Shown here piece after piece: positions 53,201 to 64,000 of a stretch of 64,000 nucleotides of DNA. Below the pieces are notes generated by a model. It did no database searches. It was not told where the DNA came from and saw only the letters and a program-made list of their open reading frames with translations. Positions within the stretch are counted from its first letter, which is position 1. Every line of letters starts with the position of its first letter. The DNA comes from Dicyema japonicum (taxonomy: Eukaryota; Animalia; Dicyemida). Made by a program: the position numbers and the translations under genes. The DNA is taken from positions 1,634,133 to 1,698,132 of the forward strand of contig RDEW01000006.1 of NCBI GenBank assembly GCA_011109175.1, read 5' to 3'.

Positions 53201-53559
53201 CTCAATTGTTTGTGGGGGTGGTAGAGTTCAAGTAGTGTTGGTAAGATACGATTACCTGCCAGATCAGACAAGTAATGATTGAGAGCCAAGTCCATGTCCG
53301 ACTGCAAATAAAGAGAGGCTCTATAAAGGAGATATTTTGATTGTGGACGTCGGGATTACATTGGTAGATCATTTTCAGACGATTGAGGTCAATAAGAAGC
53401 ATAAGTATGAGCTTCCGACAAACGAATTAAGCATAATGCAAAGTCTTCAACATACCATAGGAGAACTTTAGAGAGTATATCTCTTGAATACCCATTCATG
53501 TCAACAAAATTGTTTTTTAATTAAAAAAATTTATCAGATATATACCAGTGCCCACGGTC

Positions 53560-54130
53560 GGAGTGAATCGTATCCTTTCCAGAGATCACGCCCATCCATA
53601 TCAGTCATTGTGGAAGCCTTTTACATGAAGTAGGGAAGAGATAAATGCAAGTCAGTACGTCTCCTGAGATATGTGGATCAACTGACAACCCTTAGGATTT
53701 GAAGGCCCTAACTGTGCTTGATTTGCTATAGTTAGAAGGTTACCATCTACCGTTTCGCTAACGCCTCTTTGAAGTCTAGGGACGGGATATGACTAGCATT
53801 AAAACCATCAATTAGTAGTGGACTGTGGCATCTAAGTCCTCATAGAGAGTAACCATGGTTGAGACTAAACATGGTGTTATCCAGCCTCTTTACATTTCTG
53901 AGTTGCAATGGAACGCATAACATACCAACAAATCGACACGTAAAAATTTTTCAAAGCCTCGCCACATAAACTCGTGAAGATATCTTGTGAATAACAATTA
54001 GCTTGTTTTTCTACATAAAGACCACAATATAGACAAACAATAACCTGCAAACGTTACATGTGGGTATGTTCCGTAAAGTTCCCACAAACTTTTCTTTATG
54101 TAAGTACGGTTGAGAGAGTCTTACCATAAG
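53560..54130 (-). mobile_element. LINE RT core fragment (others at 26930-27300 -, 32690-32940 -, 36050-36330 -, 43800-44250 -)
   Basis: Degenerate RT motifs: SQIGFQRG at 27050 (-), VDINKAFDTV at 32900 (-), and PRLQRG/QLGP-like segments here. Confidence 0.5.
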
Positions 54131-54349
54131 GGAAACCTTGTCTATGTTATTATTACGCCACCTACATAAACTTTTTTTAACCTAAACAATTTATTTAAGT
54201 TTAAATAATGTCAAAACAACCTAATTATAGATAACTAGGACGACAGAATGGCGAAGGCTTTACCTATGATAATCGCCATTTGAACCTCTCCCTTAACCAG
54301 AGCATCTCCCGTGGCTCACACCTTACATAAACTGGTGTAAAAATTGAAG

Positions 54350-54412
54350 TTTATTAAAATAAAATTAATTAATTAATATTTAAAATTTAAATTTAAAAAG
54401 ATATTAATACAT
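54350..54412 (+). promoter_or_regulatory. AT island abutting the SDR start codon, putative core promoter
   Basis: aaaattaattaattaatatttaaaatttaaatttaaaaagatattaatacatATG. Similar islands abut the other six recognisable starts. Confidence 0.5.
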
Positions 54413-55559
54413 ATGACTCCTCCCTCAATACCAGATTTGTCAGAATTCTTATTTTCTCGTAATTTCATTATCATTTACGTGATAATCCTGGTCCTTTGCA
54501 TCGTCAGGTCAACCCACTTAGTCATTGTAGGTCATACGCCGTGGGTTACACCTATGTCTCCGGAAACGACAGACTCGACGATAAATGCGTGATCATTACC
54601 GGAGCATTCTCTGGTATTGGGAAGGCAACGGCTATCAATTTAGCCAGATTAGGTACATGATGTTACTAATCGTCATAGGAGCACGTGTTTTCATCACTGG
54701 GAGAAATATGAAATTCAGAGAATCCGATATTGCCTTCATAAAGGAAAAGTGTCCCCCTAACAGTGTATCTGCCATGGAACTTGATGTCTCTGACTTTGAT
54801 AGTATAATAAAATTCGTCAAGAGATTCAAAAAAAGTTAATTTAAATGTAATTTGTGAAGATGTGGGGAATGTTGATATTCTTGTGAACAATGCAGGGATC
54901 ATGTGCCATCCTGAAGCTAAATCTGCCCAAGGGTTCGAGCTTCACTTTGCGACTCACTTCCTAGGTTACAGTGGACCTCATTTTAGGTCCTGTTCTTTTG
55001 ATGAGAGCTTTGGTGGATTCGTTCAACCCCCAAAGTCGCATAATAAATGTGGTTAGTTCGGCGATGTCTCTGGGTCCCATTGATCCTGAAGATATCGAGA
55101 ATTCGCGACCAGAGTATAATTCCGGGAATTCCTTCTCCCGCAGCAAATTGGCTCTGGCCATGTACAGCATCAAACTATCTGAGGAGATTGATGGTGGTTG
55201 TGTCTCTGATTGATAGCCGACCGCCTGACTGTGAACTGTGTGCATCCTGGGATTGTGATGACCGGCATCCACCGCCACATGGTTTTCCGAAAGAATTGGT
55301 TCATCAAGATCTCTAGCTACCCCGTCTGTCTACTTCTCATGAAATATTCCAACAACGTCGCGGAAACGATGGCAATGTTGGCCGCATCCCCTGAATTCGC
55401 TGAAAAGACGGGGGTATATGTCTCGTAGGTTTAGTTCTTACGTAAAGCGGGTCTTCGGTTGATGAGTTTCCGGAAGAAGCCAAGAATTATCCCTCACGGA
55501 AGGCCGTGTGTGAGTATGCGGACAATATTATAAAGGAGTATTTGGATCAGTTAAATTGA
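54413..55559 (+). CDS. Short-chain dehydrogenase/reductase, RDH11/12/13/14-like, N-terminal membrane anchor, intact, about 334 aa
   Basis: Six introns (54508-54530, 54653-54678, 54835-54859, 54965-54986, 55194-55216, 55425-55447; 22-26 nt) leave a 1005-nt open frame ending in TGA. Motifs VIITGAFSGIGKATA, ELDVSDFDSI, DILVNNAGIM, GFELHFATHFLG, RIINVVSS, VNCVHPGIV. Confidence 0.93.
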
Positions 55560-56160
55560 ATTTGTGGTCTATAATAGTACTAATTTTAAATTTTGGTTTT
55601 TTTTGTGGTGGTTCTGACAAAAACTTTAGTAACATGTCAGGATCCGATTTTCTAGGGAGTGGCATTGCTGTTGACATGGTGATTCACTGGGAATCATGTT
55701 TTTGCGGGGGTCTTTGAAAGATTTCGAGGAATGAGTATTTCTTCAGCTTCCTCCGTTGAAGAGAGTCTGAATTATTTATTGACATAACCCGGGAAACGCT
55801 GAGAAAGATAGTAACCGAACTAGTTAGGTGATCTTGTAACCCCCTTTGCCCATATCTTGCGCTCATCGAGAGACCTCACTCCTTTCTTGAGGCGTCTGCA
55901 CTAGTGCCTGCACTGGAAGTCGACGGGAAGGATGTCTGAGGAGAGAACGATCATTTCCCAACCGTGCCATGACGAACATAGTTGACTTCCTGATTCTGGA
56001 TAGAAAAGGAGGAATCCGCCACCACTCCTTTGTATCGTCAACTCCCACGGGATAGTGTCAAGGGTAGGAGGACTAGTATTTATTTAAAAACTCTAAAAAT
56101 TAAACAATAAAAAATAAAAATCAATAGAAATTTTGACTTTATTGACCTTAAAAAATTGAA

Positions 56161-56410
56161 TTTTGACCTTTTTTGACTTTATTACTTTTGATTAATATAA
56201 TATTTTTGATCAAAAACTACATTTTTATAAGTTTTAAACAATTATAAAAAACATATCAATTTTTGACTTTATTGACAATAATTAATTTTGACCTTTTTTG
56301 ACTTTATAACTTTTGATTAATATAATATTTTTGATCAAAAACTACATTTTTATAAGTTTTAAACAATTATAAAAAACATATCAATTTTTGACTTTATTGA
56401 CAAAAATCGC
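56161..56410 (-). repeat. AT-rich element family B with a 2 x 125 bp tandem duplication
   Basis: Units 56161-56285 and 56286-56410 are nearly identical (landmark gatcaaaaactac at 56208 and 56333), with many ttttgac motifs. The reverse complement matches 20522-20640. Confidence 0.9.
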
Positions 56411-56959
56411 CCTACTAATCATTTTTACTGAGTCAGACTCCAGAAATCCCTCCCTGAAATTTCAAAGTAGGTCGCTATGTATTCAACAAGTTTTCCGTTA
56501 AGGTATGTTTAAGTAGTCTCAGCTCCTTTTATTTTCTTATAAGCTTTGGTACATCGAAGCAAGTTTTACGTAGCCCATGTTCTTTTTCACCAAGCAGCAT
56601 ATCAGTCCACCATATTTTTGAATGTGCGAACATAGGGCGTATCTGACAAATTCTTATTTGATATTTCCACGTAGTCAGTGATTAGACGTCCAGTGCTGTT
56701 TTAATATTCCCGGATATAAAGAAGTTTTATCAAGTTCCCCGGTTAGAGTTGGACACGTCTTTCAAGCATCATGTCCATCCATATACCGCATTGTGGGAAC
56801 TCCCCCACTGGAGTAGGAAGAAAAGATCCCCTTTGGATGCCAGCAAGGGATTAGACGTCACCTGAGTTGCTGGATCCAACGACTAAGCCAGGAATTATGG
56901 AAATTCATTGTTGTTCATTATTTGAATGCAACATGGAATTTCCTAGAACTCCAGAGGTT

Positions 56960-57230
56960 CGTACAACGGGAGGAGCAACCGTCACATCACTGGGTACGTC
57001 AGCATACATTTGACATTTCAGTGATCTGGTCTTTCGAGTAAATATGCATTGGGAGCACTCTGAGGGAGGTTGTCTGAAGCAAAAGTGTTCGTACACGTGA
57101 CATCCATAGTAGTGGCTTCCCCTCCACTGACAAAAAACCTGTCATTCCACCCGGTCGTTTTCCATCCCGTCTACACAGACAAATCATTATGCTTCCCATA
57201 TATTGACAACACAACGAATTCTGCAAAAAA
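56960..57230 (-). mobile_element. CRE-clade REL fragment
   Basis: CLCRRDGKRPGGMT and KPLLWDVTCTNTFA. Confidence 0.82.
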
Positions 57231-57708
57231 TGAAGGAGTTACCCCCAAATGCCTTAAGGATGGCTATTTAAAAAAACATTCGAATATTAAATTGGCTCCC
57301 TAAAATACTAAATTTTAATTAAGAAGTTTCTTGCTGAGTATCCCCAGGGAGTTCATGGAGCCCGCTGGGGAATGGTGATATAGATTATTGCTTCACTCAT
57401 GAGTGAGTCCGTTACTAATTAATGATTACAACGGAAATTTCGTCACTAGTTTATAATAATGGCTCAAATCAAGTGTTCCATCACAATCCCGATATAGCGG
57501 AAAGAGGTTGAGTTAACGTCTGGTTTATGAATTCCCATGGTAAGATTGAGACGTTTTTTATAGGCATCAGATCCATACATGGATTGTGGGAACCCTTTCA
57601 ATGGAATAAGAAAGAGATAAATCTCTTTTGGATGCTGGCCAAACATTAGACGTCTCCTGAGACAGGTAGATCACCGACACATCATAAGACGAAATCCTTC
57701 GACCATGT

Positions 57709-57785
57709 TGGTAGCAATGTGGGAATCGAACCCACAACTAACCACGACTTGAGGGACAACACTGACCTAATTAAACCTCCTGAAA
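57709..57785 (-). other. Degenerate tRNA-Leu-like sequence (tRNA pseudogene or SINE head)
   Basis: The 3' half gtgggttcgattcccacattgctacca has a good T-arm/B-box and a Leu-like end, with CTCAAGT as an anticodon-like loop. The acceptor and anticodon stems do not pair. Confidence 0.55.
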
Positions 57786-57829
57786 GTGTCAGAGAAAATG
57801 TGGTCGTGGACGTGATCGATCCATATTAC

Positions 57830-58250
57830 TGTGTACAGGTTGAGCGCGAGTCATTTCCCAAGGCATGCCTGTCTCAACGTGACATTGAAAACGGACTTGC
57901 CTCCGCTGGCCATCAGGGGTAAAGGCAACCGCCCTTCCCCTTGGCTAATAAACGGAACCTTGTTTGGGACGCTACGTGTGTTGATGCGTACTCTCAGAAA
58001 ATTTTGGCTGCTTCAGTCTCGGACCCAGGTGATGCTTCCAAGAAAGCCGACAGAGCAAGTACCGAAGCATTTCGGAGGATCACTTGTTTGTCCCATTTGC
58101 TGTTGCGATGTCAGGAATCCTTAGCACACAAGCTAGCGATCTCGGATCGGCTCAATAATCCAAAGGGTCACCAAGGATCACATGAGACTGGATGGCTTCG
58201 AGAGCGTATAGCTATTGTCAGAGAAAACAGCGCAACGACAACATGACAAT
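57830..58250 (+). mobile_element. CRE-clade REL domain and 3' end
   Basis: RNLVWDATCVDAYS and WLRERIAIVRENSAT (CRE QRLSIAIQRGNAA-like end). Confidence 0.8.
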
Positions 58251-58457
58251 CAAGCCCCCCAAATTAATTTAATTATTTTTATATAATTAATTATGTATAT
58301 TTTTACCAATTTATATCAACGAGTAGTCAGCTAAAAAAATCACCTGATGACTCCCACTAATTACTTCATAATAGCATTAATTGTGCATAAGTAAAGCATT
58401 ACTATATTTAATTATAGACTAATTGGTAATGTAAACAGAATATTTATATAGATAACA

Positions 58458-60099
<1,642 letters not shown>

Positions 60100-60210
60100 A
60101 AAATTTAGTAACACAAATATATATTTCTATCCTGGCTGCATAAATTAATTTTGTATTTTTTTAATTTTATATTAATTTATTTATTTTATTATTTATTTTG
60201 TTAACTTGAA
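60100..60210 (-). promoter_or_regulatory. AT island upstream of the KLC start codon, putative core promoter
   Basis: On the minus strand: aaataataaattaatataaaattaaaaaatacaaaattaattt...aaattttATG. Confidence 0.45.
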
Positions 60211-60234
60211 ATGACAACCATTGCAAAAAAAGCA

Positions 60235-60480
60235 GGAAAACTGTCGATCATCTGCCCACGAAGTTGAGAAACTTCACAAATATGACTTGCTCGCAGATGA
60301 ACTTTGGCTACTCTATGAATGCCAAGTGAAGATTATTCCAGTGGTTTTGACATGGAATGGAGTTGTCTCAAGATGCTTCAGAATCATATAATAAATTATC
60401 CATTGAAGAATCAACGAGGACTTACATCCAATCGGTTGTGCTTAAGAGAACGCTCGAGAGTATGCTCATTGAACATAAGC
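60235..60480 (+). mobile_element. R4/Dong-clade REL C-terminal fragment
   Basis: EVEKLHKYDLLADELWLLYECQVKIIPVVLTWNGVV and TYIQSVVLKRTLES. Confidence 0.82.
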
Positions 60481-61099
60481 ATGGGATAAGGTATACGATG
60501 AAGAGTACGCCTCTGCTACCTCCCAACTTGTAGAACTGGCATGCGTGAGGATAGCCCACTGGACTCAAAGAGATATTTCGACTGAAGCTGATGTGGAGAT
60601 GGGGAATAACAGGGAATTGATGGCACACTCTTCTTCTAAGAGGAGAGGGATTACCAGCAATCTGGATTAAAATCCGCTTAATTGGTTAATTTACTCGTTT
60701 TGGTAATTAATTATTGGGGAAAGTCCATCTCATGCTTGTTCTGTGAGATTTGCACTTCTGTCTCGAGGATCGACCGTATAAACTCTCTCAGATGTGAAAC
60801 CATATGGCTCATGCAAGCCAAGTGCTTTCAACTAACTTGTCATCGATATCCCTTCCGTTTTCTTCCATTCCCTTCAAACATTTGTAGCGGTTAGAAAAAT
60901 TGTAAAGGATTTATCAATGAAATTCGGAATGCGATCGCGTGGCGACTCATAGACCTCTGTGAACTGAGATGGTTCTCAGCGGTTTGGAATCGCCATTATT
61001 CGTGTCTCAGCAGGTGGTGCTTGATTTGATTCTATCTTTCAATAAATATTGGTGTTTATCACTTTGTGGTTACTCTCGTGATTAAGGAGGCATCGTAAC

Positions 61100-61420
61100 G
61101 AACCCATGTCCAATATCAATCGTCCAAGTATTACAGACGTCAAAAACAAGATCCTGAACTAAGGAACTTACTAAAGACATCACATTGATATTCTACTATA
61201 ATAATCCCTATGGACTATGTCGACAACCTCTTCTTAGGCAGCTTTGCACTCCTAGGAAACTCAACTTCCCCAAATCTCGCATTGATCAACGTTTTAGATA
61301 AACTCCTATTCCATCCTCTTTCCCGAATTTCATCCCTCGTCACACTTAAGAACAAAATCATTTGTGGAGACTTTAATGCAAGACATCATCTTTGGTCCAC
61401 ATAGAAAACTCATGAGGTGG
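61100..61420 (+). mobile_element. LINE apurinic-endonuclease fragment (others probable at 22200-22460 -, 28000-28300 -, 33750-34000 +, 49400-50460 +)
   Basis: KIICGDFNARHHLWS. HYGLGFAV-like motif at 49530 and 50390. Confidence 0.65.
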
Positions 61421-62589
61421 ACATGATAATTGTGGATCTGGGCAGTTTTTCCAATTCAGTCGTCACCCCCTGATCTCTATTATTATTAGCACTTTCACGA
61501 GAGCCATAATATTTATAGCCCCCGCATGTTCAGCAAAAAATTCTCTTCGAGTGAGCGTCTCCATTTCTCTTCAAGTGAGTTATTCATTCGTCTTATTTCT
61601 GTCCGTTCTGTTTTCCCTGTTCACGGTAAGGAACCATTTCCCAAGTATAACTGGTGGTTTTTCTAGTACATGTTCCAGGAGTTCTTTGTCTTCAGAGATT
61701 AGGTCGACATCATCAGCATAAATCACTTCTTCCATTTTTCCTTGGTATAATGGTCTCAGTTCCCTCATAGCGGCCTCCAAGTATATTGTGAATAGTAGCG
61801 GAGAGAGGGAGTCTCATTGAGGAGTGCCTGTGTTTGTTTCAAATTTTTTTGAGTAGGTTTTTCCAACTCTCAACTTTATAACGTCTGCATCTTAAGTCCT
61901 CTAATCAGTTGGTCTGTCAAACACGACACAGAGACCAAACCCGATCTTCTTGAAGTTCAAAACACGACTTCACTAAGACATCTGCCGGCCCTGATTAAGC
62001 TTCTCAATTGATATACTTCACCCAATACGTTGGTACATATGTTAGACTCTTGGAGGACCACCAAGGAAGTCATCCATCTTCTGAATATGTGCCCTTAATA
62101 AAGAGATCAAAGATAAGCGTTTCCCCTGTTGGTCCTTGGAAACCCCTTAATGAAAAAGGTCCGCAAGAAGATTAATCTGACTTTTACCACTGAACTACAC
62201 AATGATGTCTACTAAATTTTCTAATGAAGTATTATCTCCCAATTTTTCAAGGGAATGATCAAATAACTGGATCATGTTTACTTGATATGACGTCAGTCAA
62301 GTGATCTTATCTCCGAAGGGCCCCTCCACCACAATCATAAAGTGAAGCAGTTTCCAGACACATTTTGCATAGTAAATGATAATAGTCGTGAACTAAGTGA
62401 AATAATTGCAAAGTAAATGGAATTATATTTTCATGGAGTTTTTGTGATTTCCGAATTTATTTCCACAAATTTGTGCGCATCATTTCTGTCAAAAGGGGAG
62501 TTCTTTTTTTTTATCAAAAATACATCAAAGAGAAGCATTAACATCAAAGAAAAATAATAATTTTTAGGATTAAATTAAAGTTCTATACG

Positions 62590-62700
62590 GCGCAGAATCA
62601 TGGATACTGAAAAAGGCGGATAGACGAAAAATTGATGCTTTTAAACTTTGGTGCTGGAGGAGTTTATTAAGAATCCCTTGGACTTCCAAAATAACAATGG
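62590..62700 (+). mobile_element. RTE (BovB/RTE-1-like) RT C-terminal fragment
   Basis: WILKKADRRKIDAFKLWCWRSLLRIPWTSKIT, very close to the RTE consensus WT.KK.D..RIDAFEMWCWRR.LRIPWT. Confidence 0.85.
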
Positions 62701-63129
62701 TCCCCATGAAGCACACGCATATGAAATGCATGGTTCGATGTACTGTGAGTAGAGCGTTTTAAGTATAGGGTGATGTCCAATTTTCCATAGACTTGTCAGG
62801 CATTTCAGAAGGTTGATTTTCTTCTCACATTTGTTCAGCACGTTAGTGACGTGTCTCGAATAGTTCATGTGCGTATCGAAAGTTAGACCCAATATTTTTT
62901 GCCATTTGCTGAATGGCAATCCTCTTCCCTCCACATTAACTTCTATTGTCCTGTTCGACAAGCTGTAACAGATTTTTCGGTGTTGATTGACATCCGATTT
63001 TCATTAAACCATTCGATTAGTCGATCGAGGTGTTGTTGTATTCTTGATGGAGATTAGCCTGAGGGCCGTGGGGAGATAAACCTGAGGACGAAAATTAGCA
63101 GTCTTTATTTAATGGCAGGTTTTTATTTT

Positions 63130-63750
63130 TCTCAATTATTAAACTATTAGAACTCAGATGCAAAAATAAGGAACGAAGTTCAAAAGCAGTTTCCAAAACT
63201 CATACATGAACATCTAAAGGAGATTCATTTTGCCAAAATCCTAAGATAGTATATCACATAAACATTTCTACGTCGATGAGCATCTTAATGGAAAAAGACA
63301 TCAGGCACTAAGCAACAAATTATAGAGACCACTCAACATTTGATGAGATTAAATTACCTCCAGATGTAATTATGATAAGATGGGGGAGTTTCTTAAAAAC
63401 GGCATTTTATTATTCCGGAAATCTCGCTGCAATGAAAGACAGTGAACAATTTTGAAGACGATGCGATTATTGTTGCCAATTTGAAGCAATCAATAATGAA
63501 TGAAAATTTGGTTCATGAATTTTTTGAAATTACGAAATATCAATGGCTAAAATCTGATTTGAGAGTTATGCAGCTTTTGAAAATATCAGCTCTATTTCGG
63601 TAAAGAGGGAAATTGAAAATTATTTTATTGAAAAGTACACTGTAAATGCTTGCAAGGATATATGTGCTACGACAACTACGAACAAATTGCAAAATATTCT
63701 GGAAAGACTCCATGAATGGTTGAAAAGAAATTCAATGTCAACGTCCACAG
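63130..63750 (+). mobile_element. hAT-like transposase remnant
   Basis: IKLPPDVIMIRWGSFLKTAFYYSGN...EDDAIIV resembles the LPP..V.TRWG.WL.AA.YY motif of hAT-related DDE transposases. Confidence 0.6.
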
Positions 63751-64000
63751 AAAAGTACTTTACCTCTCTGTACGTCAAATAGAAGGCTATCAAGCTATTC
63801 GGCTGAACTATTTTTTAATGGTGAACTAATCTCAAATGAGAAACAAGCCAAGATTCTGGGAGTAACATTTGACACCCTCATAAGCTTCAGCACACATGTG
63901 TCAAACGTAATCAGTGCCTCGGCACGAAAGCTTAACTTTGTGAAGGTGCTCGTCTTAAAATTTAAAGGATCCTCAATCTGTTCATTATCAACGTTATACA

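Noticed and set aside
57709-57785. Functional tRNA-Leu gene
   Set aside because: The acceptor and anticodon stems do not pair and the A-box is degenerate.

Overview
Eukaryotic, AT-rich nuclear DNA from a ciliated animal with an extremely compacted gene structure. A dicyemid mesozoan is the best fit; this is inferred from intron size and gene content, not from any database match. The ORF track is misleading because genes are split by 21-26 nt GT-AG introns. Manual splicing gives four essentially complete genes: BBOF1/CCDC176 (37133-38661 +, 12 introns), a miniature adhesion GPCR (46880-48553 +), an RDH12-type SDR with Phe in place of the catalytic Tyr (54413-55559 +) and kinesin light chain (58458-60099 -, one 1-nt frameshift). 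There are also intron-retaining, deletion-riddled pseudogenes (RtcB, pyridoxal kinase, cathepsin L, a PWWP protein, several unidentified). The rest is a mosaic of mostly 150-600 bp fragments of CRE, R4/Dong, RTE and CR1/L2/I-type LINEs and hAT (Buster) transposons; one Buster has a perfect 8-bp TSD. Overlaid on this are 60-150 bp very AT-rich islands, often spaced about 1.3-1.7 kb apart. They sit just upstream of every recognisable start codon, also punctuate the TE debris, and in one case fill an oversized intron. TTAATT(A/AA) linkers recur at fragment junctions. This modular architecture is the best candidate for an undescribed system. All coordinates, alignments and family assignments were made by eye; TE fragment boundaries are approximate.
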